A stretch of 64,000 nt of DNA. It comes from Mobula hypostoma (Eukaryota). A model generated the notes under the pieces. It saw only the letters and a list, made by a program, of their open reading frames with translations, was not told where the DNA came from and searched no databases. This document shows positions 50,930-64,000 of this stretch, one piece after another. Location: assembly GCF_963921235.1 (NCBI RefSeq), contig NC_086108.1:86368001-86432000 (forward strand). The letters run 5' to 3'. The stretch's first letter is position 1. The number at the start of each line of letters is the position of its first letter. Both the position numbers and the translations under genes were made by a program.

Positions 50930-53510
50930 CTAAGATCAAACTTCAAAGTAAATTTATTATCAAAGTACATATATGTCACCACATGCAAACTTGAGATTTA
51001 TTTTCTCATGGGCAAACACAGTAAGTACAAAAAACTCAAGTAATGAAATACCGCACCCAACAGGATGGACAACAACCAATGTGCAAAAAAAAAGCAAAAA
51101 AAAAAAAATGCAATTTGCAAATACAAATAAAAAGAGAAAAAATAAATAACAAGCATAATAAATAAATAAGCAATAAATATCGAGAACCTGAGATAAAGAG
51201 TCCATGAAAGTGAGGCTAGTCCAGTCATGGGCTGAGTGAAGATGACAAAAGTCATCCCCTTTGGTTCAAGAGCCTGATGGTTAAGGGGTAATAACTGTTC
51301 CTGAACCTGGTGGTGTGGGACCCGAGATTTCTGTACCTCCTTCCTCATGGTAGCAGTGAGAAGAGAGCATGCCTTGGGTCGCAGGTGTTCTTGAAGATGG
51401 ATGCTGTTTTCCTGCAACGACACTCCTTGTAGATGAGCTCAATGGCAGGGAGGGCTTCACCTGTGATGGACTGTGATGTATCCACTACTTTTAGAAGGCT
51501 TTTCTATTCAAGGGGATTGGTGTTTCCATACCAGGCTATGATGTAACCAGTCAGTATATTCTCCACCGTGCATCTTTGTTTAGGAACTTTGATCAGGTTG
51601 GACTTGGAGGATTGTGTGCATTTCTGGTCACCTCAAAGATGTAGAGGCTTTGAAAAGGGTACATAAGAGGTTTAATATGATGTTCCTAGATTAGAGGGTA
51701 TATGGAGAGATGAGACCAATTTGGTTTGTTTTCCCCGGAGCATTGAAGGCTGAGGGGAATCTAGGTAGAAGTTTATAAAATAATGAGAGGCATAGATAAG
51801 GTAAACAGTCAGAATTGATTTTTCCCTTATCCATGTACGAGAGGACATGCATTTAACTCTTGCAAGTTCTATAGATAATACGGTGGATATCCCTCTGACT
51901 GGTCGCATCACAGTCAGGTATGGAGCTTCTTATAGGCATTTCAAAGTTCAATGGCAGAGTTCAAAGCAAATTTATTATCAAAGTACATACATATACAGCC
52001 CAGAGATTCATCTTCTTGTGCGCAAACCTTAGTAAATACAAGAGACACAATAGAATCAATAAAAGGACGCGCCCAACAGGGCGGACAATAATTAATGTGC
52101 AAAATATTAACAAAATGTGCAAATAAAAAAACAAAGAAAAAAGTAATAAATAAATATGCAACAAATATTGAGAGCATGAGATGAAGAGTGTTTGAAAGTG
52201 AGTCCATAGGTTGCGGGAGCAGTTCAATGATGGGGCGAGTGAAGTTATCCACTCTAGTTCAAGGGAGTGATCGTTGAGGTGTAATAGCTATTCCTGGACC
52301 TGGTGGCGTGAGTCTTGAGGCTCCTGTACCTTCCTTCCTGAAAGCAACAGTAAGAAGAGAGCATGACCTGGATGAAGGATGTTGCTTTCTTGCAACAGCG
52401 CTCTGTGTAGATGTGTTCAGTGGTGGGGAGAGTTTTACCTGTGATGATTTATCCACTATTTTTTGTAGGATTTTCTATTCAAGGACATTGGTGTTTCTGT
52501 ATTAGTTAGTAAATGCTCCAGATCACATCTATAGAAGTTTGTCAAAGTTTTAGATGATATGCTAAATCTTCACAAATTTCTAATAAAGTGGAGGTGCTCC
52601 CATGCTTTCTTCATAATGGCACGTGTGTACTGAACCCAAGTCAAATCCTCCGAACTATTAAGGCCAAGGAATTTGAAGTTATCTCCCAATAAGAACTGGT
52701 CCATGGACCTCCGATTTCCTCCTCCTGAAGTCAATGATCATCTCTTTGATTTTGGTGATATTGAGTGAGTGAGACATTGAGTGTGACTTTGAATGAGAGC
52801 CAGATTTTGTTCTCCCTCCTATACTCTGAATCATTTAGCCAATGATAGTGTTGTTGTCAGCAAATTTAAATATGGCATTGGATCTGTGCTTAGTCTCACA
52901 GTCATTATAAAGCGAGTAGGGCAGGGGTCTAAGCACACAGATTTGTTGCGCACTTGTGCCAGTGGAGATTGTGGAGATGTTGTTGCCAATCTCAACTGAC
53001 AGGTTCATTTGTACAAGGAAGTATTGAGAACTTGAAGCTTCTTGATTAGTTTTGAGGAGATGATATTATTGAATGTTGAGCTGTAAAAACACCTCCGCTG
53101 TCCAGATGTTCCAGAATTTACTCAAGAGCCAACAAAATGGCATCTGCTGTTGACCTGTTGTGACAGTAGGCAAATTGGAGCAGATTCAAGTCACTTCTCA
53201 AGCAGGGATTGATATGTTTCATCACCAAACTCTCAAAGCACTTCACCGCCGTGGATGTAAATGCTGCTGGGTGATAGTGAATGAGGCAAGTTACAACATT
53301 CTTTGTAGGCACTGGTTTAATGAAGCCTGCTTGAGCAGGTGGGTACCTCAGACTGCCGAAGTGATATTGGTGAACACACCGGCCAGTGCATCAACAGAAG
53401 TCTTTAATACTTTGCCAGGTACCCCGTCTGGGTCGGATGCTTTCCGTGGGTTCACTCCCCTGAAGATTGCCCTCAAGTCGGCCTCAGAGACTGAAATCAC
53501 AGAGTCAGCT
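50930..53510 (-). mobile_element. Cluster of decayed Rex1-type LINE 3' fragments (50930-51575, 51940-53510) with CR1 scraps
   Basis: (TTCAAA)n tails next to TTTATT. ORF 53118-53312 [29 protein letters not shown]. Confidence 0.75.
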
Positions 53511-53959
53511 AGTGCTTGGGTAATGGTAACTCTGATCCGATTTCCATGCTCAGCACTGCAGTGAAGGGCTGGTTGGTCTAGGGAAGTTGGATGGTGGGCA
53601 GGCAGTGACTGGTGGACACATCTGCCTGTCCACCCACCTTTTGATTAGAAACTGTAGTAGCTGCCATTTGTTGGGCTGACTGATAGCCCAATGTGAGTAG
53701 GAATGCTGCAGGGTGTGGGAGATACTTGAAAATTGCACATGTGAGTAAGCTATTGAATATCATTTGCTTAAGTAAGTTGTGCCTGGCATTTATAAAATAG
53801 ATTGTTTACTAATGCTTTTAAAAATGAAAGATTAACTTTATTTGTCACACGTACATAGAAACATGCAGTAAAATGAGTCATTTTTGTCAATGAATAAGGT
53901 GTGCTGGAGGCAATCCTCAAATGCCGCATGCTTCTGGTTGCAAAATAGCATGCTCGCAA

Positions 53960-54135
53960 CTTACTGACCCTAACTCACACGTCTTTGGAATGTGGGAGGA
54001 AACTGGAGCACCCGGAGGAAACCCATGTGGTCACAGGGAGAACGTACAAACTCCACACAGACAGCGGTTTGAATTGTACCCTAATCTTAGAGATGGCACT
54101 GTAAAGCATTATGTTAACTGCTACAGTATTGTGTG
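53960..54135 (-). mobile_element. tRNA-derived V-SINE-like element
   Basis: Core GGAGGAAACTGGAGCACCCGGAGGAAACCCA..CACAGGGAGAACGTACAAACTCCACACAGAC. Confidence 0.75.
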
Positions 54136-55449
54136 CAATCAAAGATAATGTTATAAATCAAATCACTGCCAAAAAACGTGCTGTTGTTATCTTTTGCCAA
54201 TATCATTCTTTGATGTTATTGGTTATTGAAGCATCACACAACATGATGAAATCAAATAGTTCACTGGGGCTCTTGTTAAAGCCTATTGAGCTGATGAGAA
54301 AGGCTCGTTCATGAAGGTGTGCAATAATGCTTCAAATTCTTTCTGTCCACCAACACCACTGCAACCCGTCATCCTACTTGCACAGCAGAGGAAACCATAT
54401 ATTTCCCTTCTTTTGACAGACAAGTCATAATGTGGCTCTGTTGCTGGAAAATCTGCAGATACCTGGTGAGACAGGGTTTCAGTAATCACAGTACTGAAAG
54501 TCACCTCACTGTTTGACTATGAATGTTATTTTAGTTTAGGAGAAGTAAGGGACATTACCATTCTGCAGAACATACAGGCATCTAGCAGCCACAAAACAAG
54601 AAACTGAAAGAACTCAATTTAAAAATAAGACCAACACCAAATGCACAGAGAGAGAGAGAAAAGAAACACAAATTGTGCAACAAATAAAAGCAAGCAACAG
54701 CACTCAGAATGAAATTGAGTCCATAGACCCGAAGCCCGGAGCAGGCCCCATAGCCTCAGCTTCAGTTCATCACACAGTGAGGCAAATCACTGCACAACTC
54801 ACAGCCTCCGCGCCAGGGAGAGTGCAGTACATGTTGTGGAAGACCAAGCAGAATCAGCACCACCCTTGCCTCCAGTCCTGACTCCCTACCTTCTCAGTCT
54901 ATCAGGGCCAGCGTTTAAATAGTCCAAACAACATGACATCCCCTGCACAGGGACCCCAGCCACACCGTATCGACACACTCGGGCCTGGACCCTGCTGCCA
55001 CTTTCCAGCCTGTAGTGGACCTTTACACACCAGCTTAGTGCTTAGATCGATCCAACCTCACTCCCGGTTCAGGCGGACGGGCTCTGAAGCTGCTGCGCTC
55101 TGACTCCTCTCCGATTTGCTCACTCCAACACTATCTCTAACTCTGACCTACTGGAACATGCCTCAACCTCAGTCCGACCACTTACGTGCCACACTCCAGC
55201 TTTGTATCACACTCACAAGCCTCGATGCTCAGGTCAGCCTCACCTGCCCTCATCTCATCATTGTCTTTGGTGATAGCTTACCACAGAAAAAGTGTTATTA
55301 ATAAAGTATTTAGTCATATTTCTTGCTTTAAGAACCACCTGTAAGCTATCGCCCAACTTCAGAAATGCAGTGTAAACCAGAATTAAGGATACATTTGCTG
55401 CAGAACTTCCCCGAGCAAAAACGTTCACGGTGAGTTTCTTAAACAACCC

Positions 55450-56675
55450 CAAGATTCACTGTCTTGTGGGCATACTCCATAGAATAATCACCATTACAGA
55501 ATCAATAAAGCACTGCAACAACTTGAGCATTCAACCAAGTGCAAAATAAACAAACTGTGCAAATACAAGAAGAAAGAAATAATAATAATAATAATAAATG
55601 AATAAACAATAAACATTGAGAACATGAGATGAAGAATCTTTGAAAATGAGTCTATAGGTTGTGGGAACATTTCAATGATGGGGAAAGTGAAATTGAGTGA
55701 AGTTATCCTCTTCGGTTCAGATGCCTGATGGTTGAGGGGTAAAAACCGTACCTGAACCTGGTGACATGATGTCTTGGATGGTGATGCTGCTTTCCTACAA
55801 CAGCATTTGGTGTAGATGTGTTCAATGGTTGTGAGGGATTTTCCTCTGATGGACTGTACCACGTCCAGTACTTTTGGTAAGATTATCAATTCAAGGGCTT
55901 TGTGTTTCCATACCAGACTATGATGCAGCCAGTCAATATACTCTCCATCACACATCTATGGAAGTGTGTCAAAGTTTTAGAAGTCATGCAAATCTTTGTA
56001 AACTCCTTAGTTTTCTCCAACACCCACAGTGCCCAATTATGACTATGGGGTCAAAATTCTTTCCCACTGTTTACTCTACTTGAAGGGTATTCCAACTGTT
56101 AATACTCAGATTCCATCTGACCAAGAAACATCATCTTCATTCTGGCAGTTCTGTTGAGCTTGTGCCTTCCATAACTCATTGGTGACTTTGACAATGCACA
56201 TTGCAAAATCAAGATCAGGAAGACGCTATAGGGTAGATGCTGACACACTTGACTCCCTGCTTTGCTGACAGATTCACCCCCCAAATCCCCACCATTCAGG
56301 CCATAGTCTCTTCTCACTGCAGCCATCAGAAATGAGGTATTGGTCCTTTACCACCTGGTTCAGGGACAGTTATTAACCCTGAACTATCAGGCTCCTGAAC
56401 CAGAGTGGATAACTTCACTTACTGCGCACTGAACTGAACCTATTGACTCTATAGCTCATGTTCTCAATATTATTTCTTTATTTATTTGTTTATTATTTGG
56501 TTTTTTTGTGTATTTGCACAATTTGTTGTTTGTCCACCATTCATATGTGCAGATTTTCATTGATTCTTTTGTGTTTCTTTGTATTTACTGTGAATACCCA
56601 CAAGAAAATGAATCTCAGGACAGTATATGGTGGCATATATGTACTTTGCTGATAAATTTATTTTGAACTTTGAAA
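55450..56675. mobile_element. Two Rex1-type 3' fragments (minus ~55450-56010, plus ~56320-56675)
   Basis: Same 3' UTR family as 50930-52500. (TTTGAA)n tail at ~56660. Confidence 0.65.
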
Positions 56676-58144
56676 TCCAAGAGCAGAGCACAAAAATGCT
56701 GAGCTGATGTACTTCACATCTGTACCCTTACCTTTAGGCTAAGGAGAGCTGCTGACAGTAACCTTGCAAAGAATTAAACAAAATCAGATACTCTCTCAGT
56801 CAATACTTTCCTGTCCAGTAGAAAACAGATTAACTAGTCATTTGTCTTATTGTTCATCAGGGAACGTTGTCATAGAGTGGCTGTTACAATTGCTTACCCA
56901 ATGATGGTCACTGAATTCCAGTAAGTAACTAATTGCTAACAGTACCTTGTGACATTTTGATAATGTGATTCAACACTGATTAGACACAGCATGGAAATCG
57001 TCTTACTTGCATAACTAGCTTTTTTCATTTTATAGCACTGTTCATGTTAGCCTCCAGTTCCGTGATGACTGGCAATTTAAAGGAGTTTATAATCTAATCC
57101 TTAATTGGAGCACATTAAAAACAGTTTATTCTCATTATCATACTAATAGTTTTGTCAAACAAAACAAATGGCATCCTGTCTGCCTCATGGCAGAATTCAC
57201 CTTGCCCTAGATACATGAGAATCCTTTGTTAGCTGTTCACTGACATTTAGCTAAAATATGTGACTAGTGAACTTTGATTTACTTCTTTAACCTCTCATGC
57301 TTTAAGTGTCTTTAGTTCCTTGTGACAACACATTTGGTCGGGGACAATGTTTTATTTAAGAAGATCATAGAGAATGTAGACTATGGTTAGGCTGTGTTTA
57401 GAAGTCCTGGTGAACTCTTCAGCCAAGTTTAGGGACCAGAACCAATGAATCTTTTGCAGATTCAGTGCATATTAGCAGTATCATGGCTTAAGGGCTCATA
57501 TCCTTCACCAGAAAAGCACCATGTCTCTCCTACAATGCGTCAAATAAACTTCAATTCAGTGTATGACAACTGTAAGATTATTGAAATGGGGGGAAATAGT
57601 CCTCCTTTGTAAGTAAGGTAATTATTGTCTATTCTTTCACCCCAGATATCTCTCATTAGTTGTGCCCCATTGACACTCAAACAAAATGGCATGGTGTTTA
57701 TTAATTATTAATGTTTTGCTATTACTCTTAGCTCAAGATGCAGCTGCTAGGTTATGGACTCTGCCTCAGTCACGTTCTAGATTCCTACAGCTATGGTGGA
57801 AATCCATTGGTTTTGCTGCAGGGTTTCTCTCTGATTTTGAGGCACTTGTATTATATTGAACACTGGAGATAGCATTTGCTGGTATGATGCCTCATAAGGA
57901 AGAATCTGTTAACCACAGGAGTACATGAAGAATGAATGACATGTTAAGGACCTTGTGGAAACTTAAAGATATGACAAGAAGACCATCACGTTTTGTTGCT
58001 TCAAGGATCGTTATGCCATTTGCCTAGTCTCTCACATTGTATAGAAGTCTGGGATTTTATTGTAGAGTGGGTTGTTTTTTCTAACTTCTGAGCTTGGGAA
58101 TGAGCCACAGAGAATAATAAACCAAGGCATTAAGTGTTTCAATC

Positions 58145-58330
58145 ACAAACAAGAGAAAGTCTGCTGAAGCTAGAAATCCAAGCAACATTCATAAAATTCT
58201 GAAGGAACTCAGCAGGCCAGAAGACATCTCTGGAGAAGTGTAAACAGTCAATGTTTCAGGCTGAAACCCTTCATGAAGGGTCTCAGCCCAAAACTTTGAC
58301 TTTCTACTCTTTTCCATAGAGGCTGATGAA
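58145..58330. mobile_element. PLE family A fold-back terminus
   Basis: GGCTGAAACCCTTCA|TGAAGGGTCTCAGCC palindrome centred at ~58273, inside the hammerhead core. Confidence 0.8.
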
Positions 58331-60479
58331 AGCTGTCTGTCAGCTAGTCAAAGTGTCTGTCTACCATCAATGCCCATGTAACAAGAAACTTGTGGAATCA
58401 GATTGTCAAAATAGTTAAGGAATGCTGGAGCCTTCATCTTACTTTGCTTGGAACTTAGTTGCTGGGAATCAAGGGCTAGCTTTCAATCCCAAATATTTAA
58501 GCAGTATTGATTCATTTTATGAAGCCTTTGTTACTACATGAAGATAAAGCCTAAAACCATAACGGATTTTCCAGGCAACTAGGAATGTGGGACTATTTGA
58601 TAAACACACTGCTGTGAATTGCTGGGTTTATTGACGTACACATATGCTGTAATATTCTACAGCTCCAAAGATATTTTAGGCGTAGATATGTCAAACAAAG
58701 TCACCAAGGAGAAATACTGCAGAAGAAATCAGCAAGCTATATTTTTTCACAGAGGTATTGTATTAGGCAAATTTATAAAAAATTGGCAGCACGTTTTCAT
58801 CTTGCAGTGTAGATGAAAGATTTATGTGTCACTTAGAGAATGTAAAACACTTTTTTGGACTATTAATGCAGTAAGCACTTTTTCAGGTTCAATAATTCTG
58901 CAAGAACATATGCAGGGAGCCTACTGTGGCTTTCATCTGGGTTCCAACATAGATTGTATGTGTATATACTATGTGTCTGCGTGTACGTGTGGGTTTGTGT
59001 TTCACTTTCCCTCAAAGGCCTCTGGGTGTGGAGTAATATGTCCATCAGTGTCCAAAGCATAATTCGTATTACAGTTTCATATTTCAGTTTAAATACTTGC
59101 TTTGAGTTTGCCATGGACTTTGAACATGGGAGCAAGCCTTCAGAAGAGAGCGAGTTTTTGTGCCTGTTCCTGATGCATCATTAGTAATTGTTAAGGATAG
59201 TCTAGATGTTGTCTGTCTATTATGATCCCTGCCCAGCAGCCAACATCTTTGGCAAAATATTCCATCATTCTTCAGTGGTGCATAATGGGAGCCACTGTTT
59301 TAAAAGCTCCCATTATGTCGGCGCATAGCATGATATACTTTGGGCATCTTGTTTGATTTTGGAATGGGTGCACAATTCCCACATAATTCTGGGCTAAGTC
59401 CAAACATCGTGTTTTTCACTGGCATGGGACAGGTTTGAATAGTGCCACAGAATTGCCACAATGCTCCTCGGACTGCAGCAGAGTTTCTAAAACTTCCTGT
59501 GTTGCATTGTCGGTTCCACATCAACTCTCAGGGTGTCTTCTGTGATCTCTTGCGTAGATGCTGCAGCTGGCTTTCTGTGATAGTATGGAAATCCCATGAC
59601 TTCAGAGAATAAACATGATTATATATGAGGCACCTGCAGAAATTTTTTTGTCTCTCATCTATTTTTGGGACACAAGTGGAGCAACCTTAAAATGTGGTTG
59701 TTATAATAGCTGCCTTCAATGTGAGTATAATTTGCATAATAAAATACCAAAGGTTTAGAACAATATCTGTTCTGATGAATGGAAGTGATGCTGTTTGTGC
59801 AATGAAGCAAACAAGAGAGTACATTTGTATGAACTCAATAAATCTGATTCTGACCCAAGGACTGTTGGGAATCCTGTCATTGTTCATTCTGTTTTGCTTG
59901 ATGTTACTGGTGCTTTTTGTCCATGATAAAGAAAATGAAACTGAATATGCAAATAAAGAACTTGTCACCTAGTTCATGAATTTATATTTCATTCCCTGAC
60001 AACTGTGGATGATGAAGTTAGTACCACCCATAGCATGCAGAGGTCTAGGACTGCTGGGGACCCTTTTGCCACAAAGTTGATCAATCTCCAGCTTTCAGGA
60101 CAGTTCAATCACAGGTGCCAATAATTATCTCGTGTGAGCAGGTAAATGAACCAACCTCATCCCAATGGGAAGCCATGTGATTTCATGAAGGACATTCAAT
60201 ATTAGTGCCAGTGTGACTCAATAGAATTGCTCATATTTCTATGATTTACTGGTTTGCGCCTCTCTGAACTCTGATTTACAGAGCTATCCTGAGCAAATAA
60301 TAAATTGTGTGTGACGCACTCTTTCAGATGGGACATTAAACTGAATTCTCAGTGGCCCAATTAAATTGGATGTATAAAAATACATATTTTTAAAAATATG
60401 AACAGCAAATCCTTGTAGAGTCATGGTCAACATTCACCTCTCGTCAAAACCATAAGAAATAGAGTAAGTTGCTTTTCTT

Positions 60480-63400
60480 TACCATAAGACAAAGGAGCAT
60501 AATTAGGCCAGTCACCTCTTGAGTCTGCTCATCCATTTCATCATGGCAGATGTACTAACCCTCTCAACCCCATTCTCGTACCTTCTTGCTGTAACTTTTG
60601 ATGTCCTGACTAATCAAGAACCTATCAATCTCTGCCTTTAATATACTCAATGACTTGGCCTCCACAGCCGTCTGTAACAATGAATTGCACAGATTCACCA
60701 CCCTCTGACGAAAGAAGTTCCTCCTCATCTTTGTTCTAAATGGTCATCCATCTATCTGAGGCTCTGCCCTCTGGTTTGATTGCAGACTCATTTACTACAG
60801 GAAACTTAAGACTATAAGTCATAGGCGCAAAATTAGGCCATTTGGCCCATCGATCATGACCGATCCTTTTCTCCCCTCCACAACCCTTTTCCCGGCCTTC
60901 TCCCTGTAATCTTTGATGGCGTTGCAATCAAGAACCTATCAATCTTTGTCTTAAGTATACCCAATCACTTGGCCTCCACAGCTGCATGTGGTAAAAAATT
61001 CCACAAATTCACCACGGTCCGGCTCAAGAAATTTCTCCACATCTCTGTTTTATATGGACACCCCTCTATTCTGAGGCTGTGCCCTCTTGTCCTAGCCTCC
61101 CCCACCATGGGAAACATCCTTTCCACATCTACTCTGTCTAGACCTTTCAGCATTCAAAAGGTTTCAATGAGATCCCTCCTCATCCTTCTAAATTCCAGTG
61201 AGTACAGACCCAGAGCCATCAAACATTCCTCGTATGATAACCTTTTCATTCCCAGAATCATTCTTTGAAACTCCTCTGGACCCTCTCCAATGCGAGCATA
61301 TCTTTTCATAGATGAGGAGCCCAAAACTGTATACAATACTCAAGATGAGGCCTTCCTAGTGCCTTATAAAGCCTCAGCATCACATCCCTGCTCTTGTATT
61401 CAAGACCTCTTGAAAAGAATGCTAACATTGCATTTGCCTTCCTCATCACCAATTCAAACTTCAAGTTAAGCTTTAGGTTGTTCTGCACAAGGACTCCCAG
61501 GTCCCTCTGCATCTTGGATTGCTGGATTTTCTCCCCGTTTAGAAAATAGCCCACACATTTATTTCTCCTATCAAAGTGCATGACCATGTATTTTCCAACT
61601 TTGTATTTCATTTGCCACATTCTTGCTCATTCTCCTAATCTGTCTTAGTCCTTTTGCAGCCTACCTATTTCCTCAACACTAACACCAATCTTCGTATCAT
61701 CTGCAAAGTTGGCAGAAAAAGCCATCTATTTCATCATCTAAATCATTGATATACAGTATAAAAAGAAGTAGTCCCAACACCAACCCTTGCAGAACACCAC
61801 TATTCATTGGCAGCCAACCAGAAAAGCATCCTTTTATTTCCAGTTACTGCCTCCTACCAATCAGCCAATGCTCTAACCATGTTAGTAACTTTCCTGTAAT
61901 ACCATGGGCTCTTAACTTGGCAAGCAGCCTCATGTGTTGCACCTTGACAAAGTCCTGAAAATAACATCCACTGCATCCCCTTTATCTATCCTGCTTGTAC
62001 TGGTTCATCAGTCATGATTTTCTCTTAAGGAAACCATGCTGACTATGTCCTATCTTGTCCTATGTCACCAAATGCTCCATAACCTCAACCTTAACAATAG
62101 AATCCAACATCTTCCTAACCGCTGGGGTCAGGCTAACTGGACTATAATTTCCTTTCTGCAGCCTTCCTCCTTTATTAAAGAGTGGAGTGACATTTGCAAT
62201 TTTCCAGTTCTCTGGCACCATGCCAGAGTCTAATGATTTTTGAAAAATCATTGCTAATAACTCCACAATCTCTCACACTAGCCTAGGGTGCACTTCATCA
62301 GATCCAGGTGACTTATGGTCCTTAGGTCTTTCAGCTTTTTTGAGCACCTTGTCCTTCGCAATAGTAACTCACTTCTCTTCCTTCACACATTACAACATCT
62401 GTCACACTGCTCATGTCTTCCACAGTGAAGACAGATGCAAAATACTCATTTAGTTCATCTGCCATCTTCATGTCCCCCGTTGTTATTTGTCTGGCGTCAT
62501 TTTCTAATGGTCTTATATCTACTCTCATCTCCCTTTTATTTTTTACATACTTGAAAAAGCTTTTACTATCCACTTTGATATGGTTTGCCAGCTTGCTGTC
62601 ATATTTCATCTTTTCCCTTCTAATGATTCCTTTAGTTGCTCTCTGTAGGCTTTTAAAAGCTTCCTAATTCTCTATCTTCCCACTTATTTTTGCTTTGTTG
62701 TATGCCCTCTCTTTTGTTTTTACATTAGCTTTGACTTCCCTTGTCAGTCATGATTGTACTAATTTGCCTTTTGAGTATTTCTTCATTTTTGGAATACATT
62801 TTTGGAATACATCTGTCCTGCAACTTCATTGTTTTTCCCAGAAACTCAAGCCATTGCTGCTCTGCTGTCATCCCTGCCAGCAGCTCTTTCCAATTTACTT
62901 TAGCCAACTGTTCTCTCATACCACTGTAATTTCCTTTACTCCAATGAAATACTGTTATGTCCAACTTTACTTTCTCCATCAAATTTCAAGTTGAAATCAA
63001 CCATATTGCCATTACTGGTTCCTAAAAGCTCTTTTACCTTAAGCTCCCTAATCACCTCCGGTTCATTACATAACATCCAATCCAATACAGCTCATCCCCT
63101 AGTAGGCTCAGTGACAAACTGCTCTAAAAAGCCATCTTGTTGGCATTCAACAAACTCAATTTTCTTGAGAGCCATTGCCAACCTGATTTTCCCAATTGAT
63201 CTGCATGTTAAAATCTCCCATGGCTATCATAACATTGCCCTTTTGACTCGCCTTTTCTACTTCCCATTATAATCTGTGGTCCATCTCCCAGCCACTGTTG
63301 GGAGGCCTGTATATAAATCCCATCAGGGTACCTTTACCCTTGCAGTTTCTTGACTCAACCCACAAGGATTCAACATCTTCTGATCCTATGTCACATCTTT

Positions 63401-63815
63401 CCACTGATTTGATGCCATTCTTTGCCAGCTGAGCCATGCCTCCCCCTCTGCCTACCTTCCTAGTGATGACCACAACATCATACCTGACAAATTGCTATAG
63501 TGCAACAAGATTCATCCTCCACATGACCACTTTATCTAGGCCTTTCAATATTTGATAGGTTTCAGTAAGATCCCCATTCATTCTTAAAAGCTCCAGCAAG
63601 TTCAATTCCAGAGTCATCAAGTGTTCCTCATATATTAAACCTTTCATTCCAGGAATCATTCTTGTGAACCTCCTCTAGAACCTCTCCAATGGCAGTACAT
63701 CTTACCTTAGATAAGAGGCCCAAAACTGTGCACAACACACAAAGTGCAGTCTGACTAATGCCTTTTAAAGCCTTGACATTACATCCTTGATCTTATATTC
63801 TCATCCTCTCAAAAT
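60480..63815 (-). mobile_element. Tandem CR1 fragments: 60480-60775, 60790-63460 (APE-RT, decayed) and 63520-63815
   Basis: ORFs with ESLWVESRN, WKIANVTPLF, GRPHLEYC and TVVNLWN. Same family as 1178-7402. Confidence 0.9.
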
Positions 63816-64000
63816 GGCGAGAATATAAGCTGGTCTCAGTGCAGAACGACAGCCTTCTGCTGCTCAGGCAACAGCACCCTGTATACCGCACCACAGACGT
63901 TGAGCACCTCTCCCGTTGAGCATTGGTCTCTGGTCTCTGCATCCAGGGTGGAGACCTCTGCCCACTCCGTCTGCTGTCATGTGCTCAGTGGCTCCTAAGT

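Noticed and set aside
59694..59972. Hydrophobic 92-aa ORF as a membrane protein gene
   Set aside because: AT-rich, no recognisable domain, non-ATG start and no splice structure.

Overview
This is repeat-dominated vertebrate DNA, most likely from a cartilaginous fish (ray or shark; inferred only from the repeat families). I found no supportable host gene. Most long ORFs are decayed CR1 and Rex1/Babar-clade LINE fragments, often nested several levels deep, alongside Gypsy-type fragments and solo LTRs, SINEs and MITEs. Main find: a fragmented foamy-virus-like (spumaretrovirus) endogenous provirus on the minus strand across about 8.4-19.2 kb. It reads RNase H, integrase, env SU, furin site, TM with membrane anchor, then an LTR-like tail. 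Later CR1/Rex1 and Penelope insertions split it into three main pieces, so the ORF track shows only scraps. Second: two Penelope-like element (PLE) families carry minimal hammerhead ribozyme motifs and repeatedly inserted as fold-back hairpins turning at the ribozyme; one young copy with a perfect 14-bp TSD breaks a near-intact CR1 ORF2. Third: a 5'-inverted PLE has its RT catalytic codons hit and duplicated by a bipartite RTE-derived element. All family comparisons are by eye against remembered motifs; no search was run.
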